DNA from: Candidatus Brocadia sp.
GTDB taxonomy: Bacteria > Planctomycetota > Brocadiia > Brocadiales > Brocadiaceae
Assembly: GCA_021650915.1 (NCBI GenBank)
Contig: CP091279.1
Location: 600,001-632,000 of the forward strand
Length of the DNA: 32,000 nt
Reading direction: 5' to 3'
In this document: piece after piece, positions 1 through 9,551 of the stretch
Layout of the letters: each line of letters begins with the position of its first letter
Position numbering within the stretch: position 1 is the first letter of the stretch
The notes under the pieces: model-generated
What the model saw: the letters and a program-made list of their open reading frames with translations, nothing else
Database searches by the model: none
What the model was told of the DNA's origin: nothing
Translations under genes and position numbers: made by a program

Positions 1-894
1 CCTCATGTTCCCATTCATCTCAGTACCCAGGCGAACACCACGAATGCACAATCGGTTGAATTTTGGCGCCGGCAGGGTGTGAAACGGGTTGTTCTTGCGC
101 GGGAATTGACCCTGGGGGAAATTAGGGAGATTACGGACAGGTCTCAGATAGAAACCGAGGTCTTTGTTCACGGTGCGATGTGTATGTCATATTCAGGCCG
201 CTGTCTCCTGAGCGGATTTATGGCCAACCGGCATGCCAATCTGGGAGACTGCTCCCATTCATGCCGGTGGCACTATGTATTAAAAGAGGAAAAGCGCCCC
301 CTTGAATCCTATCCAATTGTCGAGGATGAAAGTGGCACCTTTATCCTGAGTTCCAAAGATCTCTGTACGATTCAATACATCCCGGAATTGTTCCATGCCG
401 GCGTTACGGCGTGGAAAATCGAAGGCCGTATGAAAAGCCCTTATTATGTTGCGGCTGTGACGAGGGTATATCGGGAGGCTTTGGATCGTTATTGTGCTGA
501 CCCTCATACCTATGTTTGTGACCAGAGATGGTTGTCTGAACTTGAAAAGGTTAGTCACCGGGAATATGGTGTCGGATTCTTTTTCGGAAATCAAGGATAT
601 CAGAGTCAGACAACACATCCTGGAGACAGGTATCTGAAAGAATATGATTATCTTGGTACGATTCAAAATGTCCTTCCCGATGATATGGCAGAGGTGGTCG
701 TCAAGAACAGGATTTCGAGTAATACTCCCATAGAAATTATGGGAAGACGTCTAAGCGAAGACTTTACTCAGGTACTGTTGGACATTAGGAATGAATACCA
801 TGAGTCCATTGAAGTTGCCCAGGCAGGACAAAAGGTGCTGATAAAGATGTCCCGTCCCGTTGAGAAGTATTTTATGCTGAGGAAATGCGGATGA
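1..894 (+). CDS. U32 family peptidase (collagenase-like), 5' end outside the window
   Basis: Frame 1 is open from nt 1: PHVPIHLSTQANTTNAQSVEFWRRQG precedes the tracked Met at 79. The gene therefore starts upstream of the window. It contains the U32 signature-like block EVFVHGAMCMSYSGRCLLS. Confidence 0.85.
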   Translation, partial: PHVPIHLSTQANTTNAQSVEFWRRQGVKRVVLARELTLGEIREITDRSQIETEVFVHGAMCMSYSGRCLLSGFMANRHANLGDCSHSCRWHYVLKEEKRPLESYPIVEDESGTFILSSKDLCTIQYIPELFHAGVTAWKIEGRMKSPYYVAAVTRVYREALDRYCADPHTYVCDQRWLSELEKVSHREYGVGFFFGNQGYQSQTTHPGDRYLKEYDYLGTIQNVLPDDMAEVVVKNRISSNTPIEIMGRRLSEDFTQVLLDIRNEYHESIEVAQAGQKVLIKMSRPVEKYFMLRKCG

Positions 895-1133
895 AGAAAG
901 TGGCAAAAAATATTGCAAAGAACACCGGCGGCGTTTGCCTTATCCTCATAGGCTGTATCTTGATTTTTACACCCGGACCTGGGCTCCTCACCATCCTGGC
1001 GGGTTTATATATCACTAGTTTTCCGGGGAAACCTGCGCTCGTTGCCAAGGTGAAAAGGACAAAATTTTACCACCGGTATGTTATGAAGATAGAATCAAAA
1101 ATTAAATCAAAATTTAAGAGAAAGAACGAGTAA
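885..1133 (+). CDS. Small PGPGW-type membrane protein
   Basis: 82 aa with two hydrophobic segments, an FTPGPGLLTILAG motif and a Lys/Arg-rich tail. The start overlaps the upstream stop by 10 nt. Confidence 0.6.
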   Translation: MRMKKVAKNIAKNTGGVCLILIGCILIFTPGPGLLTILAGLYITSFPGKPALVAKVKRTKFYHRYVMKIESKIKSKFKRKNE

Positions 1134-1137
1134 AAGC

Positions 1138-2178
1138 ATGAATAGAAAAAAGCTGCTCTCTCTTGCACTTGCCATTTTTATGACAGGTTGTAGCTCGTCT
1201 CAGTATTTAAAAAAGATGTCCCCTTTTAAAAAAGAAGAGGCAAGTCTTGAGCCCGGCAAGGGATCACAACCGGCTGATGCGCAAAAAAAAGACGATCTCT
1301 TTGTCTGTGCGGGGGATATTGATGTTACGTACAAAAAATTAGGTGAAGTCAGTCTCGGTGAGTACGGTTTTTCCGGGCATGATGTTTTGGCTATCAAAAT
1401 AAGGGAAAAGGCCCGCGCGGTGGGCGCTGAGGCGGTGGTTAACGTTCAATACGACACCGGTGCGTCAAAAACATGGCAAGGGTACGGTGAATTGGGCGGC
1501 ACGGATTATGGGGTAAGATATACATCGTGGTGTAAGGGGATGGCGATACAGTTTATGGAATCCCACAATTCCCTGGGGCTCTTGTCATCTAACCTTACGC
1601 CGGAGAATAAGGAATGGTTTGGTTTAAAAAAAGCACAGCAGGGCGTCATTGTTGTTCATGTTCAGCCTGGGAGTGTTGCATCTGCTGCAGGTATTAAACC
1701 GGAAGACCTCATTGTGGAATGGAACGGGGAAAAGATTGAAAACCGGAATCACCTGAAAAAGCTTATGGAAAGAACTGCCGGCAAAGAAGCCAGGTTAATC
1801 TTGTTGCGTGCAAAAGAAATCAAGACGGTAGCCTTGTCCGTACCGTTAATAACGCATCGTCCGGTTGCCTCGCCAGCGCCGCAGTTACCTGCAACAGAAA
1901 CAAGAACTGAGACCGTGGTAAGCGAAACATCTCATGATGCCCCTCATGATACCAAAAGTACAAATACGCCGGAGGTACATAATGAGATAGGGGATCTTTA
2001 TCTGCGCAAAGGCATGTATGACGACGCCATTGGGGAGTACCAAAAGGCTATTGCATCAGACCCAAATTCCGCCATTTCCTACTTCAATTTGAGTCTTGCC
2101 TACGATAAAAAAGGCTTGAAAAGAGAAGCTGAAGAGGCGTATGCTACGTATAAGAAATTAAAACCAAAGCGCAAATAA
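1138..2178 (+). CDS. Lipoprotein with PDZ domain and C-terminal TPR repeat
   Basis: Lipoprotein signal MNRKKLLSLALAIFMTGC (lipobox MTGC). PDZ-like block GVIVVHVQPGSVASAAGIKPEDLIVEWNGEKI. TPR-like block GDLYLRKGMYDDAIGEYQKAIASDPNSAISYFNLSLAY. Confidence 0.75.
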   Translation: MNRKKLLSLALAIFMTGCSSSQYLKKMSPFKKEEASLEPGKGSQPADAQKKDDLFVCAGDIDVTYKKLGEVSLGEYGFSGHDVLAIKIREKARAVGAEAVVNVQYDTGASKTWQGYGELGGTDYGVRYTSWCKGMAIQFMESHNSLGLLSSNLTPENKEWFGLKKAQQGVIVVHVQPGSVASAAGIKPEDLIVEWNGEKIENRNHLKKLMERTAGKEARLILLRAKEIKTVALSVPLITHRPVASPAPQLPATETRTETVVSETSHDAPHDTKSTNTPEVHNEIGDLYLRKGMYDDAIGEYQKAIASDPNSAISYFNLSLAYDKKGLKREAEEAYATYKKLKPKRK

Positions 2179-2182
2179 GGAA

Positions 2183-2201
2183 AGGCACGTGCCTGTTTTT
2201 T
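2183..2201 (+). terminator. Possible intrinsic terminator after the lipoprotein gene
   Basis: Palindrome aggcacgtgcct (2183-2194) followed by g and six T (2196-2201), 5 nt after the TAA at 2176-2178. The stem is short, so support is only moderate. Confidence 0.4.
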
Positions 2202-2262
2202 GTCCACGACTGCACATTCAAGAAATTGTTGCGTTTGTCAAAAAATATTCGGTGTACCTCTA

Positions 2263-2916
2263 ATGAAATATCTGATTTTTTTCTGTATCTTTATCGTGCC
2301 TATTCATTTGTTACCTGCCGCAGAATTACTAAAAAATGGTGATTTTGAAACGGCAGACACCACGGGCTGGAAGTATTGGGAAACCTATCCATGGGATGGT
2401 GACGGAGCTCCGGTAGAATTGCCTGCCCATCTGTCGATTGCTCTTCCTGGCAATATTGGAGTGCCCGTGCCACCTGCCACGAGCGGTTCTCTTGCCCTGA
2501 CGCAGCAAGTTGGTTTTGGCGGAACTGCGAGAGGAGGGCTTTATCAGGAAGTGAAGGTCATTGTAAATACCCCCTATGTGCTCACGGGTCATATGTCTTT
2601 CTATGGTGACGATATTGGGGATATATCAATTATTGGAATCCTGGACGGTTCCTGGAATCCAACACTTGCCTATACCAGTTTGAACAAATATTGTATCGGT
2701 GGTAATGTGGTTTCACCCTGGGTGGAATTATCCCTGATAGTCATCCCATCAAGAGATGTAATTACCGTCTTTACTGAGACCAGACAGGACTGGATGCATG
2801 GGAATGTTGCAGGATGGTATGATGATCTCAGCCTAAAACCAGTTCCTGAACCCGCAAAACTATTTATATCACACAATCCAAAAGCCAATTCGGTATATAA
2901 GGACAAGCAAGAATAA
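2263..2916 (+). CDS. Secreted protein with CBM4/9-like (galactose-binding-like) N-terminal block; function unknown
   Basis: The ORF track starts at TTG 2200, inside the upstream terminator. ATG 2263 gives signal peptide MKYLIFFCIFIVPIHLLPAAE followed by LLKNGDFETADTTGWKYWE. The C-terminus carries a VPEP motif. Confidence 0.6.
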   Translation: MKYLIFFCIFIVPIHLLPAAELLKNGDFETADTTGWKYWETYPWDGDGAPVELPAHLSIALPGNIGVPVPPATSGSLALTQQVGFGGTARGGLYQEVKVIVNTPYVLTGHMSFYGDDIGDISIIGILDGSWNPTLAYTSLNKYCIGGNVVSPWVELSLIVIPSRDVITVFTETRQDWMHGNVAGWYDDLSLKPVPEPAKLFISHNPKANSVYKDKQE

Positions 2917-3021
2917 TTCGTCCTTTGATAGTAACCCAGAGTTTACCGTCCTCATAAAACCTCTTCATTATATCTCTGGATAATCTTGCCTCTTGTATCA
3001 AGAATTTACAATCACCGTTTG

Positions 3022-3049
3022 TTGAAAAAGAAAAATTTTATGGTACAAT
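3022..3049 (+). promoter_or_regulatory. Sigma70-like promoter candidate (TTGAAA-N16-TGgTACAAT)
   Basis: -35 TTGAAA at 3022-3027 and -10 TACAAT at 3044-3049. The spacer is 16 nt, with an extended -10 TG at 3041-3042. Confidence 0.35.
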
Positions 3050-3072
3050 GATTTTATAGTGGCTTATCGTTT

Positions 3073-3122
3073 GTGTGTCATGGCACATGTGTGTGACGTC
3101 ACAGAAGTGTGCCATGACACAC
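3073..3122. promoter_or_regulatory. Perfect 15-bp inverted repeat with nested palindrome (operator cluster, or hairpin/terminator)
   Basis: GTGTGTCATGGCACA (3073-3087) is the exact reverse complement of TGTGCCATGACACAC (3108-3122). The loop contains the perfect 12-bp palindrome TGTGACGTCACA (3092-3103). A T-rich tract ttttaccgttttt follows at 3123-3135. Confidence 0.5.
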
Positions 3123-3434
3123 TTTTACCGTTTTTATGAAACCTATTTATTCGATTTTTAAATCTTTTGGTTATCTCTGTAGCAGAGGAAGTCTTTATAA
3201 AATTATAGGTTACAACAAGTCTGATAATAAATATGATTGAAGGGGGGTAATAGGGTATTTATCTTGCTGTTAACATATAGTTAATGAGAAGTAGAGTGAA
3301 TACTTCCTGATCATTTTGTGGCCAATGACAGTCATTGAACAGCAAATAATTCCACGACCTTGGTTTGACAATGCAAATATTCAGAGTGAGCTGATTTTAT
3401 AATAAAGCTGCTATCACATGGGAGGTGATGATTC

Positions 3435-4859
3435 ATGAATGAGAAACCAAGACCCTTTGTTCGAATGATAATTGCATGTCTATTCTTTTTCATTGCAGTT
3501 ACTCTGAACATTTTTTTGCCCCGTTATTGGCATACTATCCCAGAAATTGTGAAGCATCTTCTGCTTGTCTTCAGCGCCATAATGTGCGTACACATTATGG
3601 AGTATGCATATCTCTGGTGGGAAATTTTCGGGCATATCCGGAATATTTTAAAAGAAACTCTTCAGGCTACTCATCAACTTATTGATGACAACAGAAACGC
3701 CTTGGAAAAATCTTTACAGACAACCAACCGGCTCATTGGATCGGCGGCAATTATTGGTTTAAAAAATGTCTATTCTTCTCGTAAGGATGTAAAAGGTGAT
3801 ATCTACGATGCCATAGAAAATGCGGAAAAACGGGTATGGCTGCTTGGTATCACCGCCTCCGAAAATATCCTGCTTGACGAATTGCTCTCTACGCTGAACA
3901 ACAAACTGGCCGACGGACTCGATGTTAGGATACTCCTCCTCGATGCGCTTCGAAGTTCAGCGGTCTTTCGGACTTTGCTGGAAAGCACCGCACATGAGGC
4001 GGCAAAGATTGTCAACGCGGACAGGACAGATACCCATCTAACCGACGACCCATATTTCCATCAACGGCTCTACAGTGATTTTACTCATGTGTGTGACAGA
4101 CTTGGAAGCTATCCACGTATCAGCGCTACCGTTAGATTTTACACACAAACTCCCGCCTGCTGGATGATGATTGTAGACAACTCTGCCCATTTTCAACCCT
4201 ATACCTTCGGACGAAGCGCAAATAAGCATTCTGCGAATCTGTGCACGGGCGCTAATATGCCGGTATTCAAATTTCAGATGCAGGAAAACGGAAGGCCATT
4301 TGAGATACTCGAAGATAATTTCCAAAAGTTGTGGCTGACCTCAAATTTAGACTTGTTTCACATAGAAGCCAGGATAGCAAACCGCAATCGGATTATTTCT
4401 GATGTATTTCATGATAACAGTCAGTGGTTTAAGCATGTCTATGAAGCGCTTTATGTGCAGAAGGGCGCTATGCAGTTTACCGGTGACCGGCGTAAATTTC
4501 CCCGTCAATCCTGGGATGGTGTACAGTCCTTGCTAAAGGTCTGTTTGCCGAATTGTCAAACTCCCATAAAGGCTTCTCTTTGCGATTATTCCCGTGAAGG
4601 AGCCGCGATAAAATTAGATGCCCTCAATCACCCGCTGAAGATGGGAGATATTGTTACCTTGCAAAATACATTGCCATCTGAACCGCGACCAGAGAATTTC
4701 ATTATTGCTCATTTTCTGAAAAGGAATCAATTCATCATCAGGCGGATAATAAATGATTCTCAGCCGGTAATTGGATTACAAATAGTTTCGGAAGGCGAGA
4801 GACGTGATGAACAAGATCACTTTAACGGAATAACGACAGCGTCTCATTCATTATCATAA
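3435..4859 (+). CDS. Membrane protein with C-terminal PilZ (c-di-GMP-binding) domain; central domain unassigned
   Basis: Strong SD GGGAGGTGA 7 nt upstream of the ATG. Two N-terminal hydrophobic helices. PilZ motifs RRKFPR (RxxxR) and DYSREG (DxSxxG) lie ~25 aa apart, from nt ~4482. Confidence 0.75.
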   Translation: MNEKPRPFVRMIIACLFFFIAVTLNIFLPRYWHTIPEIVKHLLLVFSAIMCVHIMEYAYLWWEIFGHIRNILKETLQATHQLIDDNRNALEKSLQTTNRLIGSAAIIGLKNVYSSRKDVKGDIYDAIENAEKRVWLLGITASENILLDELLSTLNNKLADGLDVRILLLDALRSSAVFRTLLESTAHEAAKIVNADRTDTHLTDDPYFHQRLYSDFTHVCDRLGSYPRISATVRFYTQTPACWMMIVDNSAHFQPYTFGRSANKHSANLCTGANMPVFKFQMQENGRPFEILEDNFQKLWLTSNLDLFHIEARIANRNRIISDVFHDNSQWFKHVYEALYVQKGAMQFTGDRRKFPRQSWDGVQSLLKVCLPNCQTPIKASLCDYSREGAAIKLDALNHPLKMGDIVTLQNTLPSEPRPENFIIAHFLKRNQFIIRRIINDSQPVIGLQIVSEGERRDEQDHFNGITTASHSLS

Positions 4860-4869
4860 GAAACTTCTT

Positions 4870-6912
4870 ATGGAAAACATACAGATAAATATTAACCATA
4901 TCTGGGTTATGACAGCCGCATGCATGGTGTTTTTCATGCAACTCGGCTTTACTTCTTACGAGGCAGGATTTGCACAATCCAAAAATGCCATTAGCGTTTC
5001 TATCAAAAACCTCATGGTCACCCTGGTCGCCTCTCTTACGTTTTATATTTGTGGATTTGGATTGATGTTTGGCAACAGCTATACCGGCTGGGTTGGCGCC
5101 GACCATTTCTTTGCCCTGGGGGTAATGTCACATCAGGACAATTTAGGCTATAGTTTTTTCTTTTTTCAATTGGTCTTTGCCGCCACGGCTGCTACCATCA
5201 TGACCGGAGCTATCTCTGAACGGTCAAATTTTTTTTCCAATGTCGTCGGAGTTGTATTTGTAACTGGTATTATTTATCCGGTTTTTGGACATTGGGCATG
5301 GGGACATCTCTTTTGTCCGGAACAGTTAGGCTGGTTAAGAGGATTGGGGTTCATTGATTTTGCTGGTTCTACTGTGGTGCATTCGGTTGGCGGCTGGTTT
5401 GCCATGGCAGGGGCAATTACCGTAGGGCCAAGGATTGGTAAATACAACCCGGATGGGTCTTCAAATCAGATGGGCCTTCATAACATTCCATTGGTTACGA
5501 TAGGCACCTTTTTCCTTTGGTTTGGTTGGTTTGGATTTAACGGTGGGAGCCTTCTTCGGGCGAGTGGGGATATTGGTCTCGTCATTACCAACACGAACAT
5601 GGCGCCAGCAGCAGCGGGAGTTTCGGCAATGATATTTAATTATATAAAAGAAAAGAAACTCGATGCCGGCAAGCTCTTCACGGCTATATTAGCAGGTTTA
5701 GTCGCTGTTACCGCAGGTTCAAATATGATACAACCCGATGGCGCCGTTTGTATCGGTGTTATTGCTGGTATCGTATCGATTCTCGCGCAGGATTTCATTG
5801 AAAAGGTGATGAAGATTGACGATCCCGTTGCTGCTATTGCCGTTCACGGGGTAGGTGGTGTTATTGGTACACTTTGTGTTGCTCCTTTTGCTGATAAATC
5901 CTATCTTCTGGTAGAAAATGGTAACCGTTTGCACCAGCTTGGTGTTCAGGCTATTGGAGTCGGCGTGGCCTTTGCATGGTCATTTGGTCTGGGAATGCTC
6001 TTTTTCTGGTGCTTAAAGAAGGTGATTGGCATTCGGGTGAGCCAGGAAGAAGAACGGCGGGGACTGAACATTGCCGAATATGAAGATGTAGTTTCATGGC
6101 TCGATTTTATGCGTATTACCAGACTTCAGGACATGAACGTCGTACTGGAGAAAAGGGTTGCCGAACGAACAGAAGATCTGCAGAAGGCGAATGTTGCCCT
6201 TGAAAAGGCCAACAAACTCAAATCAGAATTTCTGGCAACCATGTCACATGAACTGCGCACCCCGTTGAATGCCATTATTGGCTTCGCAGAGGTTTTACGC
6301 GACGAAGTGAGCGGTTCTCTGAACGCAGACCAAAAAGACTTTGTCAGTGATATTCATAGTAGTGGACAACACCTTCTGAACATGATTAACGGTATCCTTG
6401 ACCTTTCCAAGATCGAGGCTGGAAAATTAGAGCTTCAGTATGAGGTCTTTTCCGTAGAAGAGACTATTCATGAGGTGTTGGATGCCATCGCCGGGTCTTT
6501 CCATAAGAAAGGCATCCGCGTACGTACGTGTATCCATGAGGATATACCGCCGATAACGGCTGATAAGGCAAAAATTAAGCAGGTTCTGTATAACTTGTTA
6601 TCGAATGCCTTCAAGTTTACGCCTGATAATGGCAGGGTTTCCATTAATGCAAAACTTATAAATCAACATATTCAGATCGCGGTGAGCGATACCGGCATTG
6701 GCATTCGGCAGGAAGATATGGATAAATTATTTAAGGTGTTTCATCAGGTGGATAGTTCGTTTTCACGGCGGTACGAAGGAACCGGTCTTGGTCTGATCCT
6801 TGCAAAGCGCCTGGTTGAATTACACGGTGGCAAGATAGGGGTAAAAAGTTTGTTTGGAAAGGGAAGCACCTTTATCGTTACGCTACCAGTAAAAAGTTGT
6901 GCGTCGGTGTAG
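4870..6912 (+). CDS. Ammonium transporter (Amt) domain fused to histidine kinase (HisKA + HATPase_c); ammonium sensor kinase
   Basis: The N-terminal ~400 aa are Amt-like: AGFAQSKNAISVSIKNLM, DFAGSTVVHSVGGW, AIAVHGVGGVIGTL (twin His). A coiled-coil linker follows, then the H-box FLATMSHELRTPLNAIIGF and the N/G boxes LLSNAFKFTP, DTGIGI, GTGLGLILAKRLVELHGG. The start lies 10 nt after the PilZ gene stop. Confidence 0.95.
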   Translation: MENIQININHIWVMTAACMVFFMQLGFTSYEAGFAQSKNAISVSIKNLMVTLVASLTFYICGFGLMFGNSYTGWVGADHFFALGVMSHQDNLGYSFFFFQLVFAATAATIMTGAISERSNFFSNVVGVVFVTGIIYPVFGHWAWGHLFCPEQLGWLRGLGFIDFAGSTVVHSVGGWFAMAGAITVGPRIGKYNPDGSSNQMGLHNIPLVTIGTFFLWFGWFGFNGGSLLRASGDIGLVITNTNMAPAAAGVSAMIFNYIKEKKLDAGKLFTAILAGLVAVTAGSNMIQPDGAVCIGVIAGIVSILAQDFIEKVMKIDDPVAAIAVHGVGGVIGTLCVAPFADKSYLLVENGNRLHQLGVQAIGVGVAFAWSFGLGMLFFWCLKKVIGIRVSQEEERRGLNIAEYEDVVSWLDFMRITRLQDMNVVLEKRVAERTEDLQKANVALEKANKLKSEFLATMSHELRTPLNAIIGFAEVLRDEVSGSLNADQKDFVSDIHSSGQHLLNMINGILDLSKIEAGKLELQYEVFSVEETIHEVLDAIAGSFHKKGIRVRTCIHEDIPPITADKAKIKQVLYNLLSNAFKFTPDNGRVSINAKLINQHIQIAVSDTGIGIRQEDMDKLFKVFHQVDSSFSRRYEGTGLGLILAKRLVELHGGKIGVKSLFGKGSTFIVTLPVKSCASV

Positions 6913-7252
6913 TTAAAGAAGTCTCTGGATCATATGAAATGAAGATGTGTGAGATGAAGTGGAATAACACTAAATATTTCTTCAATATCATGAACAGCAG
7001 TGTCACCCTTTGTCTTTAGCATGATTATGTGTATAGCTGTGAAAACGAGCATACAATGGTTGTTTTCATTCCGTGCACTAAAATGTCTGACTGAAAGTCC
7101 TCTGTGTTACGTTTAATACAGTGGTAAAACAAGCAAATGTATTACCTACTGAGGTTGATACAAACATTGTGTTCAACCCAGGCTCTAACTCACCAAACTC
7201 ATTCTCAATGGGTACGGTCGATGCGATAATGTCAGAAAAAATATTTTTCCCT

Positions 7253-8596
7253 TCAGCGCTTCCGTCCTTTTTTATAAGATACAAGCCTCTCTTTAATCAC
7301 CTTATCGAATCCGTGATCAGTCGGCTTGTAATACTCTTTCCCTTGCAATTCCTCAGGCAGATACACCTGTTCTACATATCCTCCAAAGCTATGCGGATAT
7401 TTGTATCCCATCCCGTATCCAAGGTCTTTCATGAGCGATGTTGGGGCATTACGAATATGAAGCGGCACAGGCAGCGCACCTTTCTCCCTGACATCCTTCA
7501 ATGCCTCCAGATAAGACAGATATGAGGCGTTGCTTTTGGGTGCACAGGCGAGGTAGGTAACGCCCTGAGCGAGAGGTATCCATCCTTCCGGCATCCCCAC
7601 AAAGTCAAATGCATCCTTTACGGCAATTGCCAGTTGAAGCGCCTGCGGATCAGCGTTTCCAATATCCTCTGAAGCGAATATGACCATGCGTCGCGCAACA
7701 AAGAGCGGTTCCTCGCCCGCCTCCAGCATCCGTGCCAGCCAGTAAAGGGCGGCATCAGGATCACTTCCGCGCATCGATTTGATAAATGCGGAAATCACGT
7801 TATAATGTTCCTCCCCTCCTTTATCATAGAGGAGCGCCTTCCGTTGCATTGCCTCCTGGGCCGTCGCCAGGGTCACATTCCGGTTCCTTTCCTCATCAGG
7901 TTTCTCAAGCATAACAGCCGCTTCCAGGGAATTTAAGGCCACCCGCGCATCTCCTTGTGCAAGTCGTGCAATGAAATCAAAGGCGTCATCGTCTACTGCC
8001 ACGTTCAAATTGCCAAGCCCTCGTTCCTTATCCCTGAGGGCATTTTTCATAATAACTTTGATGTGGTCATTGGTGAGTTGTTCCAGCACCAGCACCTTGC
8101 AGCGGGAGAGAAGCGGTGCATTTACTTCAAAGGAAGGGTTTTCGGTAGTAGCGCCAATGAGAGTTATCGTGCCGTCTTCCACGTGATGAAGAAACGCATC
8201 CTGCTGGGCCTTGTTAAACCGATGAATCTCGTCTACAAAGAGGATAGTTTTTTTATTATAAAACCTTAACTGCTCCTTGGCCTCTTCAATGACAACCCTG
8301 ATATCCTTTACTCCGGACAACACCGCTGAAAACGAGACAAAATGCGCATCCATTGCCTGAGCAACGATAAAGGCCAGGGTAGTTTTGCCAACTCCGGGAG
8401 GCCCCCAAAATATCAGAGACACCAGTTCCTTATTTTCCACAAGCCGGTGAAGGATCTTGCCGGCTCCCACCAGATGCTCCTGACCAATAAATTCTTGTAA
8501 ATCCCGAGGCCGCATACGATCGGCAAGAGGAGCCTTTTTTATCGTGCCTGGCTTTATATTAAATAAATTTTTTTGCAGCTTCTTTGTTGTCGTCAA
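7253..8596 (-). CDS. rarA: Replication-associated recombination protein A (AAA+ ATPase, MgsA/RarA)
   Basis: LADRMRPRDLQEFIGQEHL, Walker A GPPGVGKTTLA, Walker B LFVDEIHRFNKAQQDAFL, and the MgsA C-terminal block DPDAALYWLARMLEAGEEP. The track start is TTG. Confidence 0.92.
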   Translation of the reverse strand: MTTTKKLQKNLFNIKPGTIKKAPLADRMRPRDLQEFIGQEHLVGAGKILHRLVENKELVSLIFWGPPGVGKTTLAFIVAQAMDAHFVSFSAVLSGVKDIRVVIEEAKEQLRFYNKKTILFVDEIHRFNKAQQDAFLHHVEDGTITLIGATTENPSFEVNAPLLSRCKVLVLEQLTNDHIKVIMKNALRDKERGLGNLNVAVDDDAFDFIARLAQGDARVALNSLEAAVMLEKPDEERNRNVTLATAQEAMQRKALLYDKGGEEHYNVISAFIKSMRGSDPDAALYWLARMLEAGEEPLFVARRMVIFASEDIGNADPQALQLAIAVKDAFDFVGMPEGWIPLAQGVTYLACAPKSNASYLSYLEALKDVREKGALPVPLHIRNAPTSLMKDLGYGMGYKYPHSFGGYVEQVYLPEELQGKEYYKPTDHGFDKVIKERLVSYKKGRKR

Positions 8597-8835
8597 TTTT
8601 ATCTCACTTCCGTTTTTCTCCGGTCATAAACGCTGGCATGTGTGCCGCTTTTCCCGAGATTTCTGTTCCTGTCTTACACATCCCCGAGCGTCTCGTTCGA
8701 CTGAGTTCACGAAGAAGTCTCAAGGGGAGAAGAAAGAAGTCTTCACCGGGGAGAGGATTCAGGGGTGGGTTCAGTCCTACGATAATAAGCATCCGAAGGT
8801 CAAATTTCATAAATCCCTCAATTCGCATCCGTAGC

Positions 8836-9483
8836 CTATTTTTTCGGTACCTTTTCCCAATCAGCCAGAAACCGTTTAACACCGTCATCCGTGAGCGGGT
8901 GTTGAACAAGTAAATCAAACACATTAAAAGGAATGGTAGCAACATCGGCTCCCATTAATGCCGCATCCCGGACATGAACGGGATTGCGAATGCTGGCAAC
9001 AATGATCTCCGTTTGATAGCCGTAGTTATCGTAAATCGTACGGATTTCCTGTATCAGATCCATACCAAACTGGCCCCGGTCGTCCAGACGCCCGACGAAT
9101 GGACTCACAAACGTGCCACCGGCCTTTGCTGCCAAAAGCGCCTGATTCGAGGAGAAACAGAGCGTTACATTGGTTTTAATACCCTCATCGGCTAATCGCC
9201 TTACTGCCTTCAAGCCATTTTTTATGAGAGGGATTTTTACCACGATATTGTCTGCGATCCTTACCAGATCTTTCGCCTCCTTAATCATGCCTTCCGTATC
9301 AAGACTCACCACCTCGGCGCTGACAGGGCCCTTCACAAAGGAACAAATCTCCTCAACCGTCTCGCGAAAAGGCCGCCCCGTCTTGGCTATTAATGAAGGA
9401 TTCGTTGTGACTCCATCCAGGATCCCCAAGCTATGCGCCTCACGAATTTCTTTTACATCCGCCGTATCAATAAAAAACTTCAT
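8836..9483 (-). CDS. tal: Transaldolase / fructose-6-phosphate aldolase family (short type 3B)
   Basis: 215 aa with [24 protein letters not shown] and the Schiff-base lysine context [10 protein letters not shown]. Confidence 0.92.
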   Translation of the reverse strand: MKFFIDTADVKEIREAHSLGILDGVTTNPSLIAKTGRPFRETVEEICSFVKGPVSAEVVSLDTEGMIKEAKDLVRIADNIVVKIPLIKNGLKAVRRLADEGIKTNVTLCFSSNQALLAAKAGGTFVSPFVGRLDDRGQFGMDLIQEIRTIYDNYGYQTEIIVASIRNPVHVRDAALMGADVATIPFNVFDLLVQHPLTDDGVKRFLADWEKVPKK

Positions 9484-9551
9484 TCTCTTTCCTTTCTCTA
9501 ATCATTTTTCAAAGACTAACAAAATATGAGTTGACAAGTCTCCTTTTCTCT

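Noticed and set aside
2842-2916. PEP-CTERM sorting signal at the end of the secreted protein (VPEPAKLF...)
   Set aside because: The VPEP motif is present, but the hydrophobic helix and Arg-rich tail that follow it in true PEP-CTERM domains are missing. They are not recoverable in the other two frames downstream.
7078-7525. ORFs 7078-7284 (-) and 7121-7525 (+) near the convergent Amt-HK / rarA junction
   Set aside because: The + ORF is mostly antisense to the well-supported rarA 3' end. The - ORF overlaps the rarA stop region and has no SD or motif. No independent support exists for either.
8544-8945. Three overlapping ORFs (96, 109 and 113 aa) in the tal-rarA spacer
   Set aside because: They overlap each other in different frames and strands and run into the ends of tal and rarA. 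Their translations are low-complexity and repeat-like (PLPGEDFFLLPL, FTKKSQGEKKE). The region is more likely a promoter or repeat-containing spacer.
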